From: Myxococcota bacterium
Lineage (GTDB): Bacteria; Myxococcota; JACRCW01
DNA length: 32,839 nucleotides
Direction of reading: 5' to 3'
Assembly (NCBI GenBank): GCA_040752415.1
Contig: JBFMGU010000118.1
Span: 1 to 32,839, forward strand
Below are positions 1 to 8,356 of the stretch, piece by piece. Both the position numbers and the translations under genes were made by a program. Numbering within the stretch: position 1 is the stretch's first letter; each line of letters starts with the position of its first letter. The notes below the pieces were generated by a model, which worked only from the letters and a program-made list of their open reading frames with translations, was not told the DNA's origin and did no database searches.

Positions 1-1201
1 CCTTGGCCGAGCCCACCGGCGTGCCCGTGGGACGCGCCGGGCCCCTGCCGCCCGGCAGCGACGACACATCCACCGCCATGGTGCTCTCACCCACCGCGCG
101 CACCGGCGTGCCCACCGGCTTCACCGGCGTCTTGCGCACCGGCTGCGTGGTCGAGGTGGAACGCGGCTTGCGCTCCTCCTGCTGCGCGAACAGCACCTCC
201 ATGCGGCTCGCCATGTTGGGCTGGAAGGTGGTGTGCTGGATTTCCTCCTCGGGGATGGCGGCAAACGGGTCATCCAGGATGTGCGCCAGGTTCTGCTTGA
301 TGAACTCCGCCAGGTCCGTCTGGCTGAACCCGCCCGCGTAGCCGTGCAGGTAGCGCATGATCTGGCGCTCCAGCGTGCCCGCGTCGGGGTAGCGGTCCTT
401 GGGGTCGGGGGCCACGCAGCGCTGCAGGATGGCGTCCAGCGCCGGGCCGCAGTCCGGGTTCACCTGGCTCACCACCGGTGGAGGCGCGCGCCGCAGCTTC
501 TCCCCGAAGTCATGCGTCACCGGGAAGTTGTGCAGGTGCTCGAAGGTGAGCAGCTCGTAGAACACCACGCCCAGCGCGTAGAGGTCGGCGCGGTGGTCAA
601 TGGCCTCGCCGTCAAACTGCTCCGGCGGCATGTACCCGCCCTTGCCCTTGATGACGCCGGCGGAGGTGTTGCCCACGCGATCCAGCGCCTTGGCAATGCC
701 AAAGTCGCTGATCTTCACGTCGCCGTTGACGGAGAGCAGGATGTTCTGCGGGCTGATGTCGCGGTGGATGATGCCCAGCGGGTTGCCGTTCTCGTCGCGC
801 GCCTCGTGGGCGTAGGCCAGCCCGCGGCACGCCTCCGCCGTCACGAAGCACGCCAGCTCCACGCTGGGCTTGAGCCCCCGCTGCTTGCAGGCGGCAATGA
901 GCGCGGAGAGGTCCATGCCCTCCACCAGCTCCATGGCGATGTAATAGGTGTCGTCGTAGCGCCCCAGCTCGATGGTCTGGACGATGTTCCCGTGGGTCAG
1001 CCGACCGGCGATCCGGGCCTCATCGATGAACATCGTGATGAAGTCCTGGTCGGAGCTGAAGTTGGGGAGGATGCGCTTGAGCGCCACCATGCGCTCGAAC
1101 CCGGCCTCCCCCAGCAGCTTGGCGCGGAACACCTCGGCCATGCCGCCCACAGCCAGCCGGTTGACGAGCGCGTATTTCCCGAACTGTTGCACCGCTGCCA
1201 T
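1..1201 (-). CDS. Hanks-type Ser/Thr protein kinase (C-terminus runs off the window)
   Basis: Absent from the ORF track because there is no stop in the window. Manual translation from the ATG at 1201 gives MAAVQQFGKYALVNRLAVGGMAEVFRAK...VALKRIL...HRDISPQNILL...KISDFGIAK...KGKGGYMPPEQ...DLYALG. Catalytic motifs are intact and followed by a Pro/Thr-rich linker. Confidence 0.93.
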   Translation of the reverse strand, partial: MAAVQQFGKYALVNRLAVGGMAEVFRAKLLGEAGFERMVALKRILPNFSSDQDFITMFIDEARIAGRLTHGNIVQTIELGRYDDTYYIAMELVEGMDLSALIAACKQRGLKPSVELACFVTAEACRGLAYAHEARDENGNPLGIIHRDISPQNILLSVNGDVKISDFGIAKALDRVGNTSAGVIKGKGGYMPPEQFDGEAIDHRADLYALGVVFYELLTFEHLHNFPVTHDFGEKLRRAPPPVVSQVNPDCGPALDAILQRCVAPDPKDRYPDAGTLERQIMRYLHGYAGGFSQTDLAEFIKQNLAHILDDPFAAIPEEEIQHTTFQPNMASRMEVLFAQQEERKPRSTSTTQPVRKTPVKPVGTPVRAVGESTMAVDVSSLPGGRGPARPTGTPVGSAK

Positions 1202-1280
1202 TCGACCTTGGGGACCTGTGGGGCGGGCCATCTTGGTCCGTCACCGTGGGGCTCCACAAGCCCGCCGCCACGGCGTCAGC

Positions 1281-1310
1281 CCACATGGGCTACGCCTTGA
1301 CCACATGGGC
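1281..1310. promoter_or_regulatory. Direct repeat CCACATGGGC x2 (20-bp period), candidate regulator-binding site upstream of the kinase
   Basis: Exact 10-mers at 1281-1290 and 1301-1310 in the intergenic region, 80-110 bp upstream of the kinase start. Confidence 0.3.
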
Positions 1311-1566
1311 AGGCCAGCGGTCGTGGTGACGTGGGGAGTGGGGCGTGGCGCGGCGTCCCGGGTGGCTGACGTGTGCGAATCGTCGCTCGCCTTTGGACGC
1401 ATCAGGGGACTCCGGGCCGCGCGCAGCGGGCCGGGGCGGGAAGAGAGGGGTGGGTTGGGTCGCGTTCGCGCGCCAGGGAGGCGCCCAGCGTGTTTGGCGG
1501 GGCCGGGAGGCGCTGGATTGAGGCGCGTTCATACTGCAGGCCCACGCGCGTCCGCGGAGCCGGGGC

Positions 1567-1854
1567 CTACCGAATCACTGGCAACCCTTGCATGCCGTGC
1601 CGAACTCGCAGCACGTCGACGAAACCAGGTCGGCGCAGCTCGTAATAGATCACGTACCCCGTGCCAGCCACCACCTGTTCCCGGGTGCCCTCAATGCGAC
1701 CAATCCGCCCGAGTTCCGGGAACTCTTTCAGACGCTGCATCGCAGCGTCGATCTTGTCGTAGGTCGCCATGGCTGACTGCGGCTTGTTGTTCCGCAGCCA
1801 CACGATGATCTCCTCCATGTCCTCAAGTGCCTCGGCGGAAAGACTCAACTCCAC
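1567..1854 (-). CDS. Type II toxin, RelE/ParE family
   Basis: 95 aa with the ParE-like pattern SAEALEDMEEI...RLKEFPELGRIGRIEGTRE...YVIYY...VLRVRHG. Overlaps the 3' end of the upstream antitoxin by 10 bp. Confidence 0.88.
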   Translation of the reverse strand: MELSLSAEALEDMEEIIVWLRNNKPQSAMATYDKIDAAMQRLKEFPELGRIGRIEGTREQVVAGTGYVIYYELRRPGFVDVLRVRHGMQGLPVIR

Positions 1855-2117
1855 CGCGGCTTCTCCGCCGGCAGCCCCTGCGCCAACTTGCGCAAGTACT
1901 CCTTGGCGTCGTCGTACTTCACGGTGCGTCCAGCAGCGACGGAAGCCCGAGCCTTCTCGATGTCCTTGAGCAAATCACCGTCCGCCAACACCGTCGACAA
2001 TGTCTCCGCGGCCAGGTCCTCCGCCGAACGATTCTGCGCCGCCGCGAACTCACGGAATCGGCGCACCAGCTCCGGAGGAAGGCGCAAGACGCTGTCGTCA
2101 CCAGTGGGGGTAGACAT
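1845..2117 (-). CDS. Antitoxin, CopG/ribbon-helix-helix-like
   Basis: 90 aa from ATG 2117 with SD AAGGGAGG. N-terminal SVLRLPPELVRRFREFAAAQNRS is RHH-like; C-terminal DIEKARASVAAGRTV resembles ParE-partner antitoxins. Lies directly upstream of the toxin. Confidence 0.8.
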   Translation of the reverse strand: MSTPTGDDSVLRLPPELVRRFREFAAAQNRSAEDLAAETLSTVLADGDLLKDIEKARASVAAGRTVKYDDAKEYLRKLAQGLPAEKPRWS

Positions 2118-2402
2118 GCCTCCCTTGTAGCAAACCCCACCAGGATCCGCACCGTTCGCCGTAATCGTCGTTGTGGCCGAGGGCGGACTGGTTCCCGCCT
2201 TCAGCATCGCCGGGAGCTCACAAAGAGTGCGAAACTCGAACAAAGCAAGGAAGGATCTGCGCTGCGTTCGCGAGGAGGATCGCTTCCTTGCCGCGAAGTT
2301 CGTGATCGCGCACCAGTCGTTCTTTGGCCGGACAACATGAACGCAGCGGCGGCAATGCCGCTGACGCCGAGCCCCACGGCGGACCGCGACCTCTTCCAGG
2401 CA

Positions 2403-3467
2403 TCAACGCCCTGGCGGATTCGACTGCTCGCCGCCCGGGGAGAAGCTCCTCACGTAGCCCACGGCCCAGTATTCCTTGCGCCCGTCGAACGGGCCGCGCA
2501 GCTGTCGCGCGGGGACGGGGGAGAGGATCCTCGCCACCGCCACCTTGCGCTCGGCGCCCAGGTAACGCGCGCATTCCGGCGCGTCCGACGTCATGAGCAG
2601 GTGGGCCAACAGGTGCTGCTCCTCCAACTCGGAGATGCTCCAGAGCGCGTAGCAGAGACCCGTGCGCTCGTCCCGGGCGCGCCCGTATTCCTTCAACATC
2701 GACGGCACCGATGGACTGATGTCCGCCGCAACGCTGCCGGCGCAGCGTAACGCTGCGTATCCGTCTCCGCTGTTCCATTCCGCGTCGGCCTTGAGTCGCC
2801 ACGTGAGGTCCATGGCCAGAACAGCCTGCACCTGCTCGCGGGCGTTCTTCGTCGGCTGTAGCTCGCTCGGTCGCCGACCCACCAGCCCAAAAGCCACTGC
2901 GCTTCCTTCCGGCAGCCGCCGCAAACAGATCCAATCCGGAGCAGCCGCTCCCGACGAGAAACGACACGGCACCTTCGGCAGGAAAGAGAGCAACAGGTCC
3001 TGGACACGGACCATCCGTCGATTGCTCGTCATTTCGTTGAACCATTCCCAGATCCCGCATTCACGCCCCGCCACCGAGACCTGTAACCTCGCCTTGGACT
3101 CGTCCATCGCCGGCATCCGCTCCGACGTACGTTGTTCACACGCCGATATCTCGACGAGGAGCGTTGCCAATTGAAGCAGCTTGGCGCGCGTCAGGGTTGC
3201 GGCGACTTCCTCCCGCGGCTGCCCATGGCGGGTCAGCAGGCCGGAGAGGCGCGTTCCTTCGAGGACGATGGTGTCGCCCCCATGCAGGGGGTGGAACTCG
3301 TCATAGACAATCTTGACGTCGGTGATGTCTGCATGTCGCCGCAACCGCGCATGCAACTCAGCAGGAAGGTCCTTTCCAGGTGCCCCCGACGCGACTTCAG
3401 CCTGCACACCACCTGGCAATCCCAGCAACACGAGCGCACCAACACACGCGATCGAGACTCGTCCCAT
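2403..3467 (-). CDS. Hypothetical exported protein (C-terminal part weakly LPP20-like)
   Basis: ORF 2403..3506; preferred start is ATG 3467, giving signal peptide MGRVSIACVGALVLLGLPGGVQA. The segment APDWIC...AFGLVG...NAREQVQAVLA weakly resembles LPP20. Third codon positions look less GC-biased than in neighbouring genes. Confidence 0.6.
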   Translation of the reverse strand: MGRVSIACVGALVLLGLPGGVQAEVASGAPGKDLPAELHARLRRHADITDVKIVYDEFHPLHGGDTIVLEGTRLSGLLTRHGQPREEVAATLTRAKLLQLATLLVEISACEQRTSERMPAMDESKARLQVSVAGRECGIWEWFNEMTSNRRMVRVQDLLLSFLPKVPCRFSSGAAAPDWICLRRLPEGSAVAFGLVGRRPSELQPTKNAREQVQAVLAMDLTWRLKADAEWNSGDGYAALRCAGSVAADISPSVPSMLKEYGRARDERTGLCYALWSISELEEQHLLAHLLMTSDAPECARYLGAERKVAVARILSPVPARQLRGPFDGRKEYWAVGYVRSFSPGGEQSNPPGR

Positions 3468-3534
3468 GTCAGGCGCTGAACACCTCGTCGGGCAGCCGTC
3501 TTCCATGGGCGTTGGGACATCGGTTCACACAGGA

Positions 3535-3987
3535 CTACTCTTGGGCGTCCTCCCCCGTGCGCCGCGCGCCCCCCACCGCCACCGACGACACGCTGCCCCC
3601 TGCGGAGAGCACATCCCCGCCGCTCGCCGCCAGCGTGCGCCGCATCCGGCGGATCATCGCCATCACGAACATGATGCGCGCGCGGAACGCCAGCAGGATG
3701 AACGCGTAGAAGGAGCCGCTCACCGCGATCATGAAGATCGCGTCGGCGAGCTTGTTCTCGTGGTTGCGCGTCACCAGGCTGAGGAGGTTGGACAACAACA
3801 CCGTGGGCGCGAAGGCCACGACGAAGCTCACCGGCCACGCCAGCAGCTTCACCGCCACGTGCGCGGCGCGGATGGTCGCGGCGGTTCCGCTGGGCATCTG
3901 GAAGAGCAGCGTCTCCATCTCCTCGAGCGCCGCGCGGACCTTGCGGTCGTTCTCCCGCATCTGCCGGGCGGACTCCTCGCTGACCAT
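3535..3987 (-). CDS. Hypothetical membrane protein (2 TM)
   Basis: ATG 3987 with GGAGG SD; 150 aa with two hydrophobic stretches and host-like codon usage. Confidence 0.7.
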   Translation of the reverse strand: MVSEESARQMRENDRKVRAALEEMETLLFQMPSGTAATIRAAHVAVKLLAWPVSFVVAFAPTVLLSNLLSLVTRNHENKLADAIFMIAVSGSFYAFILLAFRARIMFVMAMIRRMRRTLAASGGDVLSAGGSVSSVAVGGARRTGEDAQE

Positions 3988-4111
3988 GGTGCACCTCCGC
4001 CGTCGAGCATGGGACCCGGTGCGGCGGTGCGCAAGGCGCTGTCCTTGCTGGCGCCTCCGGTGGTGCCGCGCGTCGTCGTCGTTACCTTGGTGGGGAAGCG
4101 GGAGGACGACC

Positions 4112-4843
4112 ATGGCCACGCCGCAGGGCACACCCAGCTCCCAACCCCAGCCCTCCATGCTGGAGGACCGCCCCTCCGGCATCCTCGACACCCAGCCCAA
4201 CCGCGCGCCGCTGCGCAGCCTGCCGGAGATCATGCTCTCCCGTCACCACGTGGCCGCCTTCGCCCCGGACCCCGTCCCCGACGACGTGCTGGAGTCCATC
4301 CTCAAGCTGGGCCTGTGGGCGCCCTCCGACTTCAACCTGCAGCCCTGGCGCTTCATCGTGGTCCGGGACCCCGCGCAACGTCACCTGCTGATGCGCGCCG
4401 CCGCCGACCACACCGTGGTGGGGGAAGCGCCGGTGGTGATCATCGCGCTGGGCCTGGCGGAGGCGTGGCGACGCACCATGGACGCCATCTTTGCCACGGA
4501 CGCCCTGCTGGGTGAGCTGGATCCCGACGAGCTGGAGGACCGCAAGCAGCGCGCGGAAGCCTTCATGACCACGCAGGACCCCGCGGTGTGGCTCACGCGT
4601 CAGACCATGGTGGCGGTGACGCAGATGGTGCTGGCCGCGGAGGCCTATGGATTGGGCACCGCGCTCGTCGAGCAGTTCGACCCCGACGTGATCCGCCGCG
4701 AGTTCGACATCCCCGACGAGGGCGAGGTGGTGGTGCTGCTGGCGCTGGGTCGCGCCGTGGACGTCCCGCCGCCCCGTCCTGCGCGCTTCACCGTCGACGC
4801 GGTGGTGTTCCGCGACCGCTTCGGCGCGCCGTGGAGTCCGTGA
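4112..4843 (+). CDS. Nitroreductase family protein
   Basis: ATG 4112 after GGAGGA. Motifs DPVPDDVLESIL...APSDFNLQPWRFIVVRD, MVLAAEAYGLGT and VVLLALG. Confidence 0.88.
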   Translation: MATPQGTPSSQPQPSMLEDRPSGILDTQPNRAPLRSLPEIMLSRHHVAAFAPDPVPDDVLESILKLGLWAPSDFNLQPWRFIVVRDPAQRHLLMRAAADHTVVGEAPVVIIALGLAEAWRRTMDAIFATDALLGELDPDELEDRKQRAEAFMTTQDPAVWLTRQTMVAVTQMVLAAEAYGLGTALVEQFDPDVIRREFDIPDEGEVVVLLALGRAVDVPPPRPARFTVDAVVFRDRFGAPWSP

Positions 4844-6943
4844 TCAGCCGCGTCGCGCCAGCACGCCCTCGGCCAGGAAGAGCAGGGACAACATGGCCAG
4901 CAGGTAGGGCCACATGGGCTGCTGCAACGGACCGGAGGCGCCGCCGTCCTTGAGGTAGCGCGCGCCCTGCGGCATGCGGGCGGCCAGCTCCTCCTCGCTG
5001 AGCGGGACCAGATCGCTCTCGGCGGTGTCCGGCCACACGGCAAAGCGCTCGCCGGGCACCTCGGTCAGCTCGCCCTCGGGCGGATTCATCAGCACCTGGT
5101 GGATGCCCAGCTCCTTGAGCCCGCGCACCGCCACCCGCGCGTCCTCCTCGCGCACCGGCACTTCCTGCTCCGCGCCCGAGGGACTGCGCACCACCACGCG
5201 CGCCACGCCCTTGCGCACCTGCACCTGGCGCACCTCGCCGTGACTCGTGTGGCGCGGCCGGCTGTCCTCCAGCGCGTCGGCCAGGTAGAGCACCGCCTGC
5301 TGCATCAGCGGGAGGAAGCCGGGGCGGATGGCCAGGTCGCTCCAGTCGCGGTCCACCGTGGTGGTCCAGAGCAGCACGCGCCCCATCCCCACGCGACGCT
5401 CCAGCAGCGCCGGCGCCTCGTTGGAGAAACGCATCAGCACCTCGCGCTCGGTGCGGCTGCCGGTCTCGAGGAGCAGCAGCGTGTCGGTGCGCGCGCGGGT
5501 GAGCCCCTCGGGACGCTGGCCGTTGAACGGCGCCAGGATGGGATGGTCCACCTCCACGTGGCCCAGGCCCAGCACCTCCTTGCGCGCCGGGTCATCCAGC
5601 TCCACGCGGCTCTTCTCCCCGCGCAGCGCCTGGGGCAACAGGTCCATCAGGCTGCCGTTGTAGAAATCCACGTCGACGTGGTCACCGCCGCTGATGAACA
5701 GCCCGCCACCGCGCTTGACGTGCGCGCGCAGGGCTCCCACCGCGGGCGCGGGCAGGGAGCGCACGTTGCACAGCATCACCACGTCGGCGGCCTCGATCTC
5801 CTGCGGCGTGGGCGCCTGCGCCAGCACCTTCAGGCTGAGTCGACCACCGCTCTTGGGCGGGGCCCGCAGCGCGCGCTCCAGGTAGAAGACCTCGTCGCGC
5901 CAGGCCACCGTCTGCGGGTCCCCGTCGACGACGAGCACGTTGACCTCCCGCGGCGCCTTGACCGGGAGCCACAGGGTGTCGTCGTGGGTGAGCGCGTCGG
6001 CGGAGAGGGCCACGCTGAGGTCGTGGACCGGCGCGGTGCCGGTGAGCGCGTGGGTGAAGCGCTTCTGCCAGGGGCCCGCGCCCTTCAGCACCACCGACGA
6101 GCGGGAGGCCGGCGCGCCATCCACCGCCAGCGTGATCTCCACCTCCTCACCGTCGGCGTGGCCCCACGCTTCCAGCTCCACCTCCACCGAGACGCTGCGC
6201 GCTCCCGCCTCCGGCGCCGCCGCCACGGTGATGGAGCGGATGGCGCGGTTGACCGGGCTCTCCTTGTCCGGACGCACCACGCGGATGTCCACGCCGCGCA
6301 GGTCCACCGCCGCGCGGGAGGTCCAGGCATGGCGCGCTCCGTCGGTGAACAGGGTGATGCGGGCCGGTCCCTCCAGCGCGCTTCCCAGCGCCAGCTTGGC
6401 GCGGGCCAGGCAGGCGGGCAGGTCGCCGCTCTCCAGCGTGCCCTTCACCTGGTCCAGGGCCCCGTCGGCCACGGCGCGGTCGAACGTGGGCGGCTCGACG
6501 AGCGACTGCGGCGATGCACCACACACCACCACCGCCACCGGCTCCTCCGCCGGGAGATCCTTCAGCGCCGCGCGCGCCTTCTTCACCGCCAGCTCCCAGC
6601 GCGGCTCGTCGTTGGGGGCGGCCATCATGCTCGCGGTGACGTCGATGGCGAAGACGTGCTTGACCGCGGCCTTGGCTCCCGCGGCCTGCTGCTGGGGCTC
6701 GGCCAGCATGGGGCCCAGGATGGCTCCCGCCAGCGCCAGCAGCGCGAGGGTGCGGATGAGCAGGAGCAGCCACTGCCGGAGCTGGATGCGCCGTGCGCTG
6801 CGCTGCTGGGAGCGGAGCACGAACTCCATGGCGGCGAACCGCACCTCGCGCGCCTTGCGACGGGAGATCAGGTGCACCACCAGCGGCAGCGCGGCCACGG
6901 CCAGCACGGGGAGCAGCTCGGGGTGGCGGAGGGCCCATTCCAT
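4844..6943 (-). CDS. BatA N-terminal / vWA-domain membrane protein
   Basis: BatA-type N-terminus LPLVVHLISRRKAREVRFAAMEFV...QWLLLLIRTLA; MIDAS-like DVTASM...TDG; GATase-like VKRGGGLFISGG; C-terminal TM WPYLLAMLSLLFLAEGVLARR. Confidence 0.85.
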   Translation of the reverse strand: MEWALRHPELLPVLAVAALPLVVHLISRRKAREVRFAAMEFVLRSQQRSARRIQLRQWLLLLIRTLALLALAGAILGPMLAEPQQQAAGAKAAVKHVFAIDVTASMMAAPNDEPRWELAVKKARAALKDLPAEEPVAVVVCGASPQSLVEPPTFDRAVADGALDQVKGTLESGDLPACLARAKLALGSALEGPARITLFTDGARHAWTSRAAVDLRGVDIRVVRPDKESPVNRAIRSITVAAAPEAGARSVSVEVELEAWGHADGEEVEITLAVDGAPASRSSVVLKGAGPWQKRFTHALTGTAPVHDLSVALSADALTHDDTLWLPVKAPREVNVLVVDGDPQTVAWRDEVFYLERALRAPPKSGGRLSLKVLAQAPTPQEIEAADVVMLCNVRSLPAPAVGALRAHVKRGGGLFISGGDHVDVDFYNGSLMDLLPQALRGEKSRVELDDPARKEVLGLGHVEVDHPILAPFNGQRPEGLTRARTDTLLLLETGSRTEREVLMRFSNEAPALLERRVGMGRVLLWTTTVDRDWSDLAIRPGFLPLMQQAVLYLADALEDSRPRHTSHGEVRQVQVRKGVARVVVRSPSGAEQEVPVREEDARVAVRGLKELGIHQVLMNPPEGELTEVPGERFAVWPDTAESDLVPLSEEELAARMPQGARYLKDGGASGPLQQPMWPYLLAMLSLLFLAEGVLARRG

Positions 6944-7065
6944 CAGGACGCCGGGTCAAACACCTTCAGGTCGTTCACGTCAACTTCCCGCGTCACGTCG
7001 ACGGAGGTCCGCGCCACCATCTCCGGGTCATGCTCGGGCGTGAGCCCACGGGCCTGGGCAATCAT
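6943..7065 (-). CDS. Putative 40-aa small ORF translationally coupled to the BatA gene
   Basis: MIAQARGLTPEHDPEMVARTSVDVTREVDVNDLKVFDPAS*. Its stop overlaps the BatA start (TGATG). TGC-TAGGGT (extended -10-like) lies 8 nt before the ATG, and most third positions are G/C. Confidence 0.5.
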   Translation of the reverse strand: MIAQARGLTPEHDPEMVARTSVDVTREVDVNDLKVFDPAS

Positions 7066-7203
7066 GACGGGGCACCCTAGCAGGGGAGCCCGCGCGCTTC
7101 AGGCCGTCACGCCACCCCTTGTGCGCCACCCCGCCAACCACGCAGGATGCGCCTCCCCTGGCCGTTGGTTAAGGCGGCGTTGCCCAAGCATCCAGGAAGC
7201 CCC

Positions 7204-8310
7204 ATGCATCCAGTCATCTTCCAGATTCCCGTCCAGGCCCTGGCGCCCTTGCTGAACCTTGGCGTCATCGTGGTGCTCACCGCGCTGGTGGCCTTCGTGA
7301 GCTACCGGCTGGCCCGCAGCCGCGGCGAGAGCTCCCAGGAAGCCATCAACGGCCTCATCGTCCCCGCCGCCATCACGTTCGTGCTCCTCATGGTCATCAA
7401 GGGCGCCAAGACCGCCTGGCCGCTGCATACCTACGGCGTGCTCATCGCGCTGGGTTTTGTCTTCGGCATCGGCGTGGCGGTGCGCGAGGCGCGTCGCACC
7501 GGTTTTGACGAGGAGGCCGTGCTGGACATGGGCTTCTGGGCGCTGGTGGCCGGCATGGTGGGCGCACGCGTGTACTTCATTGCCGTCAACTGGCGGGAGT
7601 ACTTCATCGAGCGACCCTTTGTTCACGTCGACGGCATCCCCTTCGACATCCCCAGCGTGCTCGCGGTGTGGCAGGGCGGCCTGGTGTTCTACGGCGGCGC
7701 GCTGGGCGCGGTGGCGGCGTTCTTCTGGTTCGCGCGCAAGCGCGGGCTGCCGGTGGGACGCTTCGCGGACATCTGCATCGTGGGCCTGCCGCTCGGTCAC
7801 GCTTTTGGGCGACTGGGCTGCTTTGCCGCTGGCTGCTGCTGGGGCGACGCGGCCTTCCACCTCGACGGCACCGCCGTGGTGAGCGACTTCCCGTTCCCCG
7901 CGCAGTTCCCCAAGGAGTCGCTGGCGTACGGGAGCCTGTTGCGCTCGGTGGACCCGTTCCTGCACCAGGTCATGGTCGACACCGGGCACACCCTCCCGCT
8001 CTACCCCACGCAGATCATGGAGAGCTTCGGTGAGCTGCTGATCTTCGGCGTGCTGGTGCTGGTGCGCAGCCGCAAGTTCTTCCACGGCCAGGTGGCCGCC
8101 ACCTACTTCCTGCTCTACCCGCTGCTGCGCGCCTCCCTGGAGTTCTTCCGCGGCGACGCCGAGCGTGGCTACATCATCAAGGACGTGCTCTCGGTGGGTC
8201 AGTTCACGTCGATCCTGGTGGCCGCCGGCGCGCTCGCCATCATCCTGATGCTGAGCCAGCGGGCGCGCGCCGCCAACGCCACGCTGCAGCAGGTCCCCGC
8301 CAGCGCCTGA
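7204..8310 (+). CDS. lgt: Prolipoprotein diacylglyceryl transferase
   Basis: Motifs MHP, HTYGVLI, GARVYF, VWQGGLVFYGG, GRLGCFAAGCCWG, YPTQIMES and EFFRGD; extra N-terminal TM pair. Confidence 0.93.
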   Translation: MHPVIFQIPVQALAPLLNLGVIVVLTALVAFVSYRLARSRGESSQEAINGLIVPAAITFVLLMVIKGAKTAWPLHTYGVLIALGFVFGIGVAVREARRTGFDEEAVLDMGFWALVAGMVGARVYFIAVNWREYFIERPFVHVDGIPFDIPSVLAVWQGGLVFYGGALGAVAAFFWFARKRGLPVGRFADICIVGLPLGHAFGRLGCFAAGCCWGDAAFHLDGTAVVSDFPFPAQFPKESLAYGSLLRSVDPFLHQVMVDTGHTLPLYPTQIMESFGELLIFGVLVLVRSRKFFHGQVAATYFLLYPLLRASLEFFRGDAERGYIIKDVLSVGQFTSILVAAGALAIILMLSQRARAANATLQQVPASA

Positions 8311-8356
8311 CCCCCTTCGTGGCGACGGGACGCCGGGGTGCTACGCTTCGCGCCCC

